Below are positions 18,652-27,269 of a stretch of DNA of 43,041 nt, piece by piece. The notes under the pieces are model-generated. The model did no database searches. It was not told the DNA's origin and saw only the letters and a program-made list of their open reading frames with translations. Positions within the stretch are counted from its first letter, which is position 1. Every line of letters starts with the position of its first letter. A program made the translations under genes and the position numbers. This stretch comes from a virus. The DNA is taken from IMG/VR virus record IMGVR_UViG_3300045988_104271, one strand, 5' to 3'.

Positions 18652-18897
18652 TCAGTAATTCGAACTGTTTTCCAATTCCATTATCCTGTTTGCCGTTATA
18701 TCGTCCTGCTCTGTGGAGTGGTCAAGCACCTCAGCAACACAGCGGGGAATCATAACAGTCTGCGCGTAGGGTACAAACAGCCGCAGCTTATTAACTCCGA
18801 CATATACGCCACGCTCATTCTTTTTGCGCGGGTCGCGGGGAAGCTTGTACGGTATGTATTCCATAGGGTCAATGGTGTTTTCAGGCACTTTGCTCAT
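18652..18897 (-). CDS. Small head-associated protein (81 aa)
   Basis: Lies directly downstream of the major capsid gene. AGGAGG lies upstream of the start. Confidence 0.6.
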   Translation of the reverse strand: MSKVPENTIDPMEYIPYKLPRDPRKKNERGVYVGVNKLRLFVPYAQTVMIPRCVAEVLDHSTEQDDITANRIMELENSSNY

Positions 18898-18909
18898 TTT
18901 CTTTCCTCC

Positions 18910-20166
18910 TTAGTTGGCATCCGCGAAAGGCTCGGTCGCGGAGCAATGTTCTATCCTTATCATGTTCTCTTCGACAAGACGCTCAGCGACCTTGAGGGCT
19001 TTCCAGCCGGTGGTTGCACGCTGGTTCAGGGGGTCAGCAGAACCGGCAGAGCCGAGCTGCTTGACAATGTGCTGCAAGCCGCCGCCGCTTACATCGGTCA
19101 CGCCATAGGCATTGGCGCCAATTATCATAGTAGCGTATACGGATTCGCCGCTGTTGGTCGCGCCCTTGCCGCTTATCTTAGCACCGGCAGCCAGAGAGGT
19201 TACGGCAGTACCAAGGGTTATGGTCGTTGCACCGCCGGTGGTAGCTATGGCGGTTATGGTATTGGCCGTGCCATTGATTACAACGGGGATGTTAAGCCCT
19301 GAAGCGGCAGTAAGTACCTCGTTTATAGCCACACTGGTAGTGCTGGCAGATATGGCAGTCTTGACGGTCAGGCGGCTCTTGTTATCGGATATAACGGCGG
19401 GGCCGAATATCTTAGCCTCGGTAGTCTCGACAAAGCGAACGCCCGCCAGCTTGCCGATTTCGCCCTGATAGATGTTTTCGGGGTTGGCATACTGATGCAC
19501 GCCTATCCACTTATCGGACAGCATCAGGTCGCAAGCCACGTTGGGATGGACGATAGCTACAAAGCTATCACCGACAGGGTTGGCATTCATACTCTTAAGC
19601 TTCGCCACGGCCTTGAATATCAGCTCATAGGTCAACTGGGCAGTCTTGTCCAGCGCAGAGCGGGACAGTACCTCAGTTACGGTGCTGCCGGACACCTTGG
19701 GCGCATACATAACATTAGTACCGGCGGTTATGATATCGCGGGTTATAGTGTCAAGAGTGCGTCCGGCCTGAGAGCCGAGCAGCTTGGTGGCCTGTTCTAT
19801 CTGCGGGTCAATGTGGGTCAGTTCGAGTACATCAGAGCAGGTAACATAGTCGCCGTACTGAGACACAGTAGCCTCTATGGTGGACATGTTAAGGCTGTTG
19901 CCGTCAGGGGTTACACCTTCGGTGAGGGCGGTGAGAGCCTTGGACAGCGGGCTGTACTTGCGGAACTGTATGGTTTTACCGTTGTGCTTAGGTATGGGAT
20001 ACTTGTCGCCGAACTGGTCATGCACAAGGTAAGGCTCGGCGTTGTCTATGAGCCTGTCCTCGTAGTAGGTATGCATGCCAGGGGTAAGGCCCTCGGAGGC
20101 AGTAGTCTGCGTGTTGGGGTTAGCAAACAGGCAGAGATTTATAGTGGTGTAGAGTTCAGTAATCAT
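18910..20166 (-). CDS. Major capsid protein, HK97-fold (resembles the N4-gp56 type family)
   Basis: LTEGVTPDGNSLNMSTIEATVSQYGDYVTCSDVLELTHIDPQIEQATKLLGSQAGRTLDTITRD is the pattern I recall for this capsid family. It follows the scaffold gene. Confidence 0.8.
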   Translation of the reverse strand: MITELYTTINLCLFANPNTQTTASEGLTPGMHTYYEDRLIDNAEPYLVHDQFGDKYPIPKHNGKTIQFRKYSPLSKALTALTEGVTPDGNSLNMSTIEATVSQYGDYVTCSDVLELTHIDPQIEQATKLLGSQAGRTLDTITRDIITAGTNVMYAPKVSGSTVTEVLSRSALDKTAQLTYELIFKAVAKLKSMNANPVGDSFVAIVHPNVACDLMLSDKWIGVHQYANPENIYQGEIGKLAGVRFVETTEAKIFGPAVISDNKSRLTVKTAISASTTSVAINEVLTAASGLNIPVVINGTANTITAIATTGGATTITLGTAVTSLAAGAKISGKGATNSGESVYATMIIGANAYGVTDVSGGGLQHIVKQLGSAGSADPLNQRATTGWKALKVAERLVEENMIRIEHCSATEPFADAN

Positions 20167-20198
20167 GCGTTCTCCTTTCAGAATAAAAAGAAGGCCGC

Positions 20199-21140
20199 TT
20201 AATCGAATGTGATTGTGCGGTCTCCCCTAAGTACTCGCCGCGAGATTTCTTCGCGGTCTTTGCGTGTAAGTTTTGCGGGGTCTGTCTTAACGATTTGCGC
20301 GGGCGCACTTCCGCTCGTGCCGTTCTCGGCAGGGCGCATGCCCCGTGCGCGTATGTCGTTTACCGTCTTTTTGTGTACCTGCTCGGCGGTGTACTGCATC
20401 GCGCCGCCTATGATATCGTCCTTGTGTATCAGCTCGTAGGCATCTTTTACGGATATGCCAGCCCCAAGCAACTCCATGAAACGCCTGCCCGTTTCGGGGT
20501 TCTGCGCTTCCGTGTCAAAATTGAAGTTGGGGTATATCTGAGTACACTCGGCGGATTCGCTGTCCCAACGGGAAAATACCTCGCGCTGGGCATTCATGCG
20601 CTGCTGCTCTTCCATTGCCCGCCTAAAGTCAGCGTTCTCGCGCTCTATGCGCTTCATGTGCTTAAGCTGCTCCACGGTCAAACCGCGCTCCATGGCTTCA
20701 TCCTCATAGAAGCTGTTATCTTCTTCGATGGCCTTGAGGATTGCCTGAGGGTCTGAGCCGCTTACGCCGTACTTCGATGCAAGCGCATCCATCATGGGCG
20801 CGTAGGAATCAAGCTGTGCAGCCTTTTCTTTCAGCGCATTCACGTCCCTAAAGCGATTAGAGAGTATTTTCTGCACGCGGGCATCGAACTCAGCTTTGTA
20901 CTCGCCTTTTATCAGCCCATCAAATGCCGCAGCCCTATCAACCTGCGTGTCGCTTTTGACAATGGTCTCGCTCTGCTGCTGTCCGCCTGTGCCATACTGC
21001 ACATCAGCCAGCGGGTTTTTGCTTGCTTTGGCAGGTGTGCTGCCACCTTCGGGCGCACCCGTGCCGGCATCTCCGCCGCCTTCGCCGCCGCCATCGGCAA
21101 ACAGCATCAAGTCAAGCTCGGTAAACAACTTTGTTTTCAT
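20199..21140 (-). CDS. Scaffolding protein (313 aa)
   Basis: Acidic and helix-rich, positioned between the protease and the capsid gene. N-terminal leader ELDLMLFADGG. Confidence 0.75.
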   Translation of the reverse strand: MKTKLFTELDLMLFADGGGEGGGDAGTGAPEGGSTPAKASKNPLADVQYGTGGQQQSETIVKSDTQVDRAAAFDGLIKGEYKAEFDARVQKILSNRFRDVNALKEKAAQLDSYAPMMDALASKYGVSGSDPQAILKAIEEDNSFYEDEAMERGLTVEQLKHMKRIERENADFRRAMEEQQRMNAQREVFSRWDSESAECTQIYPNFNFDTEAQNPETGRRFMELLGAGISVKDAYELIHKDDIIGGAMQYTAEQVHKKTVNDIRARGMRPAENGTSGSAPAQIVKTDPAKLTRKDREEISRRVLRGDRTITFD

Positions 21141-21520
21141 GGTTTTCTCCTTCTGCCGTCTTTCCGGCGTGTCTTTTTAGTCTTGGGTCTGTCCCCAGCG
21201 TCCTTGGGTCTATCCCCAGCGTCTGTATGCAATGCAACGTTGTCGGGGTACTTGGCAGCCAAAAGCGCGAATCCTTGACTAATGGTGTCAAATATCGCGG
21301 CTACCTTGTCCCCTCCATTGCTAATGCGCATAAAAAAAGAACCATCATCGGTTCTGTAATCGAAGTCGCAGCCCGTGGTGAAACAGGACTGCAAGAGCGT
21401 GTATGTCAACGTTGAGCAAGCTGCACATACAATATCGGGGCAGTCAACGGAATATCCCGCATGCCCCGATATATCGGCAACATAGTCGTTACCGTCCTTA
21501 TATAACCTTGCCGTTGTCAT
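21137..21520 (-). CDS. prp: Prp-family (ribosomal-processing cysteine protease-like) prohead protease
   Basis: DISGHAGYSVDCPDIVCAACSTL matches the Prp GHA...DIVCAAVS His/Cys signature. I prefer the start at 21520 (GAGGA upstream), just after the portal stop. The C-terminus carries a DAGDRPK x2 repeat. Confidence 0.7.
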   Translation of the reverse strand: MTTARLYKDGNDYVADISGHAGYSVDCPDIVCAACSTLTYTLLQSCFTTGCDFDYRTDDGSFFMRISNGGDKVAAIFDTISQGFALLAAKYPDNVALHTDAGDRPKDAGDRPKTKKTRRKDGRRRKP

Positions 21521-21524
21521 TGGT

Positions 21525-23426
21525 CTATGTCCTCGGTGTCGATACAGCCGCAGCCCTTTGCCGTGCCGCGCCCGCCGTGCTGTTGCGTGCATCGTTAAGC
21601 GCGTCACCCAAGGCATTAACGCTTGTCTCGTTCGCGGGATTGCCCTGAGGTGTCTCCTGCTGCTGTTGGCCTATCATTTGCGCCACCTGATCCCCGTACT
21701 GCGTGCCTTGTGTTGCATCAAGGCGCATCGACATAGCCGCTACAAGCTGTTGCAACTGCTGTATTTGCTGATACATGGTGCCGTTCTTAGCGATATTCTG
21801 CCGCACCTGCTCAATGCCATCGAACGACATCATATCCAACGCCGCAAGTGCTTGGTCTGACAAATCAGGCCGGAAGAATCCCATGCCGTACAGCTCCTTA
21901 GCGCGCTCATTTTGCGCTACCGTGGAGAACGGCGAAGCCTTCTGCGCCGTCACTTCGATATCGAATATAGGCACGCGATAGCCAAGGTCAAGGCCGTAAT
22001 CGGTTCCCTGCGGTTTCTGGGCTATCTGTCTGCCTGTGAACTGGACGAACTCCATCTCCCCTTGTGCGCCTATCACCCTAAACCAGCGTTCCTCTGCGTA
22101 GAACTGGCGCATGAGCTCAATACACAAATAATTGACCTGCACAAAAGCACGATAACTGGACTTAATCATGTCGCGGGACAGCTTTGAGCCCGCTTCCTGC
22201 AACGCCGCAATGGCAGATGCAGCAGTAACGCCCGAAGTCGTGCCGCCCTGAGAGAAGTCGCGGTTGCCGCTTGTCTCCTTGAGTTCCTCGATTTTCAGCG
22301 TCCTAACATCAACGCAAATCGGCGACAGCGGGGGAATTTCCAGCGGGATTATGTTCTCAGCGGGATTGCCCGAGCCGGAGTAATGTATGAAGTCATTCTT
22401 ATCCCACTCGGCGTATTCCTTTTCGTTCACGCTGCCGTCCTGCCGCACCCAAAAACGCGGCCTTGCGGACATAATTGCGTGCTTTAATATCACTTGGTCG
22501 AGCTTGTCTACAAAGAGTTGTGGGCTTTTGCACACGTCAATGTACCCAAAACCGGCAGGAGAACCCGCCACAGGGAACAGCGTATCGAATACAACGGGAT
22601 ACTTGCCGTGGTCATAAAACCCGCGCTCTGCATACTCGGGGTCGTTTTCGGACGCATACAGCACTTCGCCGTTGCAAAACTTGCAGTAATGCAGCACGTC
22701 CTTGCCATTACGCTGTACTTTGTAGTACCAGTCAATCACGGCCGCTTTGTCGGTCGTGTCTACGGTATCATCATATATGTACTTTGCCGTATCCACCGTG
22801 GGCGATGATAGCTTGCCCTTCAATTCGGGGTAATTTTCCTCCACGAGGTCGCGGTCAACCAACTCCACCGTGAAAAGGTTGCGGGATTTCTGAATGTCCA
22901 TAATGCCAGGCTCCCAGAAAAGATTGAGAAGGTCAAGCTCCCGCACGTCTATATCGCCCAGGCCGTTGTTTTTGCGCGAATCCCAGTACACGCCAAGCAC
23001 GCCAGTACCGCTTTTAAGCTTGTACCACCACATATCGCTATAAGTCTGCTCAAAATCATTCTGCTCAAGGATTACAGGCAAGATATCGGACAGGATTTTG
23101 GCATCGTCCTTATCTCCTTCCTCGCGCGGCAGCACGTTGGGTTCGGGGTAGTTGTCCATTGCGTCAGCGTGTTTATTTGCAATGCAGTTAAACAGCCATG
23201 CAGATGTCGGGCGGGGGTCACCAGGATTCCGGCTCAAAAGCAGCTCGTTGTGCCGCAGCTTGTACCATTGCTCGTTTTCAATAATACGTTGCTCAAGCAT
23301 TGCCTTGCCCTGCTTGTACTTTTGCAATATCTGCTCGGCTTCCCTTATCTCTTCTTTCCCTATCGCCTGATATGTCACAGGGGCGGTGTCCTCCACCGGC
23401 GTGTTGTTAAGTATAATGTCATCCAT
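21525..23426 (-). CDS. Portal protein (633 aa)
   Basis: Called from size and position directly after TerL. I prefer the start at 23426 (GGAGGTG 8 nt upstream). Confidence 0.75.
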   Translation of the reverse strand: MDDIILNNTPVEDTAPVTYQAIGKEEIREAEQILQKYKQGKAMLEQRIIENEQWYKLRHNELLLSRNPGDPRPTSAWLFNCIANKHADAMDNYPEPNVLPREEGDKDDAKILSDILPVILEQNDFEQTYSDMWWYKLKSGTGVLGVYWDSRKNNGLGDIDVRELDLLNLFWEPGIMDIQKSRNLFTVELVDRDLVEENYPELKGKLSSPTVDTAKYIYDDTVDTTDKAAVIDWYYKVQRNGKDVLHYCKFCNGEVLYASENDPEYAERGFYDHGKYPVVFDTLFPVAGSPAGFGYIDVCKSPQLFVDKLDQVILKHAIMSARPRFWVRQDGSVNEKEYAEWDKNDFIHYSGSGNPAENIIPLEIPPLSPICVDVRTLKIEELKETSGNRDFSQGGTTSGVTAASAIAALQEAGSKLSRDMIKSSYRAFVQVNYLCIELMRQFYAEERWFRVIGAQGEMEFVQFTGRQIAQKPQGTDYGLDLGYRVPIFDIEVTAQKASPFSTVAQNERAKELYGMGFFRPDLSDQALAALDMMSFDGIEQVRQNIAKNGTMYQQIQQLQQLVAAMSMRLDATQGTQYGDQVAQMIGQQQQETPQGNPANETSVNALGDALNDARNSTAGAARQRAAAVSTPRT

Positions 23427-23430
23427 GGGG

Positions 23431-24885
23431 TTACACCTCCACCTTGTATAATGCGTATGGGTCGTACCCGTGATTGTCCTTGTCCCTATCGAGCGGGTCA
23501 TACTCTGTGGGCTTTTGCAGTACGTTTTGACGCGGTGCTATGGGATGCTCCATCAGCACATAGCGGCATTCATCGTAAATGTGGTCTTCTTGCGTGGTGT
23601 CCACGTCCTCCACGTGCTTTTCATCGTACACCAGCGTGGGCAGCGTGCGGATGAAGTTTTTGCAAGTGTTGAAGATATACAGCATTGCTTTGCCTTCGCT
23701 GTCAAAAGCAAAGCGGTAATGATACTGCATCTTGCCCGCTATGCGCGAATTATCGCCCTTACCCCAGTAAACGAAGTTAGGGGAACGCGCCATCATAGCC
23801 GCTATGCTTTCGCCCCTGCTTTCTTCAAATATTGCGGGGTCTGCAATGCCGCGTATCTGTCTGCCTTTAAGATTGGGGTCTTCGGCTTCAATGCGCTTAA
23901 TTTCCGCCGCTATACCCGTGGGGTCAAGCTTAATGCCCGTATCTGGCGTGCCGTTGTAGCCGTAATACTCGGCAATGCGATAGATAACACCGTCACCGTC
24001 CACAGCATACCAGCCCACGGAAAAGGGCTTACTGTATCCAAAGTCAAAGCCCCTGTATATAGGCCACCATGACGGGACGCGGAAAGGTGAAATGACGTGC
24101 GTAAACCTTTGGTCGTCATAATGGTCAGGGTCATCACGCCACTCGCGGAAAACCTGCCCGTCAAAGCTGTCCCAGCTGCCGTAAAGCAGGGCTTTCTTTT
24201 CGGCTTCCGGCATCATGGCGAGGTTGGCTATGTATGTCGGGTCATTTGTCAGCAGCTTCTGATTGTCAAAAACGGTCGCAGGGACAAAAATCCGCGACCG
24301 CTTGACTTTAAGGGCTGTACCATCAGGGGCGACTACCGTATACTCGCCTACAATGGGCGTTAAGGGCTTTGCCGCCGTGATAAATCTATCCTTCACCCAG
24401 CCGTGGCCTTTGCCGCCGGGGTTAGTGGTAGCCCGTATATACACCCGCGTACCGGGGCCGCCGGGACGATTACGGGACATGAGATAGCTATACTCCGCCC
24501 AGCTAAAGTGCGTCAGCTCGTCAAAGCCGACAAAGTCGTATCGTTTGCCCTGATACTGTGTCTTATCACCCTCCCGCTGCATCGAGCCAAAGTATATCTT
24601 TGCGCCCGATGGGAACACCCAGACGTGGGATGTAGAGTTGTACCGTGCATCGGGGAATGCGGGCTGGTATATCTCGCGGGAGCGGTCGATAAGCTCTGAA
24701 AGTTGGGGGAAAGTTTTACGCAGTATGATAGCGCGATAGTGCGGTATATGCACCTGCCGCAGGGCTTCGGCGAGTAATGCGTCACTTTTACCCCCTCCCG
24801 CTGCACCGCCGTACAGGGCTTCGTACTCAGGCCGCTCCAAAAACGCCTTCTGCTTGGGCTGTGGCGACCACACTACATCAGGCAT
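23431..24885 (-). CDS. terL: Terminase large subunit
   Basis: Walker A-like YGGAAGGGKS near the N-terminus, 484 aa, downstream of TerS. The start at 24885 has GGAGGTG upstream. Confidence 0.9.
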   Translation of the reverse strand: MPDVVWSPQPKQKAFLERPEYEALYGGAAGGGKSDALLAEALRQVHIPHYRAIILRKTFPQLSELIDRSREIYQPAFPDARYNSTSHVWVFPSGAKIYFGSMQREGDKTQYQGKRYDFVGFDELTHFSWAEYSYLMSRNRPGGPGTRVYIRATTNPGGKGHGWVKDRFITAAKPLTPIVGEYTVVAPDGTALKVKRSRIFVPATVFDNQKLLTNDPTYIANLAMMPEAEKKALLYGSWDSFDGQVFREWRDDPDHYDDQRFTHVISPFRVPSWWPIYRGFDFGYSKPFSVGWYAVDGDGVIYRIAEYYGYNGTPDTGIKLDPTGIAAEIKRIEAEDPNLKGRQIRGIADPAIFEESRGESIAAMMARSPNFVYWGKGDNSRIAGKMQYHYRFAFDSEGKAMLYIFNTCKNFIRTLPTLVYDEKHVEDVDTTQEDHIYDECRYVLMEHPIAPRQNVLQKPTEYDPLDRDKDNHGYDPYALYKVEV

Positions 24886-25309
24886 CGTCCCCACCTCCTG
24901 CCACAGGCGGCAGTATCACCACGCCGGCGGTATCTTCGTCCGTGTCCTTTGGGCGGCTTTCTGCGACCTGCAAGCGGCGCATAAGGGCATCAGCGGCCTT
25001 TATGCGGTCGGCAAGCGATGCATCGAGGTCAAAGCTGTCTTTGACTTCGCCACGCATCACCGCGCTGTAAAATTGCATGACTTCTTGCGCGTCCGCTATG
25101 CGCTTTTCTTCGTCCGGCGCGGTAAGTTTAGCTATATATGCACGGACGTTCGGCTTTGTCAAGTTTTCACAGCCTATGCTTTTTGCGCTTTTTTCTGGAT
25201 ACCCAGCTTTACGTGCTGCCTCGGTTGCATTACCGCACTGTATATAAAATTCTGCAAAGGCTTTTTGTTTTGGGGTAAGCGTAAGCTTGTCTGTCTTAGG
25301 CTTAGGCAT
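24878..25309 (-). CDS. terS: Terminase small subunit (Terminase_2/P27-like)
   Basis: LTPKQKAFAEFYIQCGNATEAARKAGYPEKSA is the typical TerS HTH motif. Confidence 0.85.
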   Translation of the reverse strand: MPKPKTDKLTLTPKQKAFAEFYIQCGNATEAARKAGYPEKSAKSIGCENLTKPNVRAYIAKLTAPDEEKRIADAQEVMQFYSAVMRGEVKDSFDLDASLADRIKAADALMRRLQVAESRPKDTDEDTAGVVILPPVAGGGDDA

Positions 25310-25589
25310 CCTTGTACAGTCCTGCAAGCAGCTTTACTACTTCTGCAAGTTGATAGGATTCAAGTAGCGTGGTATTTTTATTTCTGCCATCCATCTGCTT
25401 TTCAGTCTGGATTATCACGTATTTATTCACCATCCTTTCAGCCTTTTCAGAGTAGCTTTGTACTTGATTTATTTTTACCCTTATCCCCTTTGCGCATAAA
25501 GCTTGCTGCAACCTATGTGCTACACGCCTTAAATTCACCTCGTGCGGCCCCCTCGCCTTGCGGGGTATCTGCACCGGCTTAGGCTGCAC
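25302..25589 (-). CDS. Hypothetical protein upstream of terS (start uncertain)
   Basis: ORF with a GTG start. Its stop overlaps the terS start (ATGCCTAA). There is no convincing RBS. Confidence 0.35.
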   Translation of the reverse strand: MQPKPVQIPRKARGPHEVNLRRVAHRLQQALCAKGIRVKINQVQSYSEKAERMVNKYVIIQTEKQMDGRNKNTTLLESYQLAEVVKLLAGLYKDA

Positions 25590-25666
25590 CGCTTTTTGGT
25601 ACTGTCATAGTGTCGGCACTCCGTGCAGCTCTTTGGTGTCTGGTTCCATACAATGGCTTCACTCAT
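25535..25666 (-). CDS. Small Cys-rich (CxxC...CxxxxC) protein, 43 aa
   Basis: GGGAGGTG lies 5 nt upstream of the ATG at 25666. This is the first ORF after the putative late promoter. Confidence 0.4.
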   Translation of the reverse strand: MSEAIVWNQTPKSCTECRHYDSTKKRCSLSRCRYPARRGGRTR

Positions 25667-25733
25667 GCCATCACCTCCCGTGATATATAAAAAATCCGCC
25701 TGCCTTGGGCAGGAGGTACATATCCATGGTAGC

Positions 25734-25766
25734 ATTATATAGCGGACAAAGCGGACAAAACGGACA
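25734..25766 (-). promoter_or_regulatory. Putative activator-dependent late promoter: consensus -10 TATAAT preceded by 3 direct repeats TTTGTCCG(C)
   Basis: The minus strand reads ATGTCCGTTTTGTCCGCTTTGTCCGCTATATAATGC. There is no -35 match; the 9-nt-spaced repeats occupy that position. Confidence 0.5.
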
Positions 25767-25804
25767 TTTCAAAAAAATTTTTTGCAGATAGCGCATTTAC
25801 CCTA

Positions 25805-25833
25805 TTGACATACTGGACACAGTATGCTAAAAT
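25805..25833 (+). promoter_or_regulatory. Near-consensus sigma-A/70 promoter with operator-like inverted repeat in the spacer
   Basis: TTGACA, a 17-nt spacer with an extended TG, then TAAAAT. The spacer contains TACTG-GACA-CAGTA. Confidence 0.75.
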
Positions 25834-25883
25834 AGGTCATACGATAAAGCAAGGGCGAAAAGCCCAGAAGGGAGTTAGAAATT

Positions 25884-26996
25884 ATGAAGTACGATGTAAC
25901 ATTTTCCTGCGGACACACTGCAACTGTAAGCCTGTTTGGCCCCACCAAAGACCGCGAGCGCAAAATCAGTTGGTATGAGACGCACGGCGAATGCCCCGAA
26001 TGCTACCAGGCACGCAAACAGGCGGAGCGGGAAGAGGCCAACGCGCGGGCAGCGCTGGAAGCCGAAAAGAACCAGTGGCCGGAGCTGGTTGGGACACCGA
26101 AGCAAATTGCATGGGCGAATACAATCCGGAAAGAAAAAATAGATGAGCTAATGACGCTTGAGCCAACCGAGAAAGGAAAGCGCTACATAACTTGGATTGT
26201 ACAGACCTTCACCGCCGCGAAATACTGGATAGACCGCCGTGACGAATCATTGCGCTACGAATGGAAATGGGGACAAGACGTATTCAATGCTTACGAGGCA
26301 ACACGAAATAAGGAGGAAGCCATGAAGTACAAAATGGAGTATGCCTGCGGGCACACTACTACAGTAGACTGCACGATTGCAGAACGCGACCATATGCGCG
26401 AGCTGATAGGCCGCACATACTGCCCTGATTGCTGGGCAAAGCAAACCGCAACGGGGAAATTCACCGAGCTGCACCTGAGCCGTGCGGAACATGATGCAAA
26501 CTATTGGTCTTGCAAGATTAAGCCCGACAGCTACGACAGCAAAACCGACACCGTGGTGGTCAATGTGTTTAACGATTTGCTGGCCGAAAGAACCAAAATC
26601 GCCGAATTGGTGGCACAGAGCGCAACCATAGAGGGTATGGATGAGCTACGCGCAATCAGAAAGGTTTGGAGTGACTACAGAGCCGCCTTTAACCGTTGGC
26701 GCGAGGAAGGCTGTGAAGGCAATCCCCCAGCGGCTCCCGCCGTTGCTATCACGGACATAGCGGCAAAGTACCCTCGTGCGGCGGCATTTGTAGAAGCGGA
26801 AGATTTTTCGCGGGGAGCTGACGACACAGTATGTACCATGTGTCGCAAAGCAATGGAGAAAATCTTGCGCGGTGAGGACTACACAAAGGCTATCGAGGAA
26901 ATGCACCGAGAATGGAATAACTGGAACCCGCTTGAAGAAGCGCGCAAGTGGATACTGGCGGAGGGGCAGAAGAAATCAGCAGGAGGAACAGAATGA
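25884..26996 (+). CDS. Unknown 370-aa protein built from two paralogous zinc-ribbon-like modules
   Basis: MKYDVTFSCGHTATV...CPEC (aa 1-40) recurs as MKYKMEYACGHTTTV...CPDC (aa 147-186). The second copy keeps its own AGGAGG and ATG at 26322. Confidence 0.8.
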   Translation: MKYDVTFSCGHTATVSLFGPTKDRERKISWYETHGECPECYQARKQAEREEANARAALEAEKNQWPELVGTPKQIAWANTIRKEKIDELMTLEPTEKGKRYITWIVQTFTAAKYWIDRRDESLRYEWKWGQDVFNAYEATRNKEEAMKYKMEYACGHTTTVDCTIAERDHMRELIGRTYCPDCWAKQTATGKFTELHLSRAEHDANYWSCKIKPDSYDSKTDTVVVNVFNDLLAERTKIAELVAQSATIEGMDELRAIRKVWSDYRAAFNRWREEGCEGNPPAAPAVAITDIAAKYPRAAAFVEAEDFSRGADDTVCTMCRKAMEKILRGEDYTKAIEEMHREWNNWNPLEEARKWILAEGQKKSAGGTE

Positions 26997-27172
26997 GCAA
27001 GACCAGCACACAGGCCAAAACCCGGTGGAATACCGAGAACTATAAGCGGCTATCAATCTACATTGACAAAGAGGACGCGGAGCGGTACATAGCAAAGTGC
27101 GCAGCCGAGGGCAAGACACTAAGCGATATTCCCAAGCAGGCCATACTGAGCTACATAAACCAAAATTCATAA
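26993..27172 (+). CDS. Ribbon-helix-helix (CopG/Arc-like) DNA-binding protein, 59 aa
   Basis: KRLSIYIDKEDAERYIAKCAAEGKTLSDIPKQAILSYI fits a strand-helix-helix pattern. AGGAGG lies upstream, with an ATGA overlap to the upstream stop. Confidence 0.7.
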   Translation: MSKTSTQAKTRWNTENYKRLSIYIDKEDAERYIAKCAAEGKTLSDIPKQAILSYINQNS

Positions 27173-27215
27173 TGACGTGGAGGACAAGGGGCGGCAATGC
27201 CGCCCCAAAGGAGAG

Positions 27216-27244
27216 AAAAAAAGATGCGCTATTGCGCATCTTTT
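27216..27244 (-). terminator. Intrinsic terminator, strongest on the minus strand (stem AGATGCGC/GCGCATCT followed by T7)
   Basis: The plus strand reads A7-stem-TATT-stem-TTTT, so the minus strand has the stem followed by seven T. A second GC hairpin lies at 27188-27206. Confidence 0.7.
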
Positions 27245-27269
27245 CCGGTCTGAAAACCTAAAATCAAAT

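Noticed and set aside
18571-20202. Plus-strand ORFs 18571..19302 and 19495..20202
   Set aside because: They are antisense to the major capsid gene and its neighbour, whose products have clear capsid-family features.
24854-25582. 242-aa plus-strand ORF across terS
   Set aside because: It is antisense to a well-supported small terminase gene.
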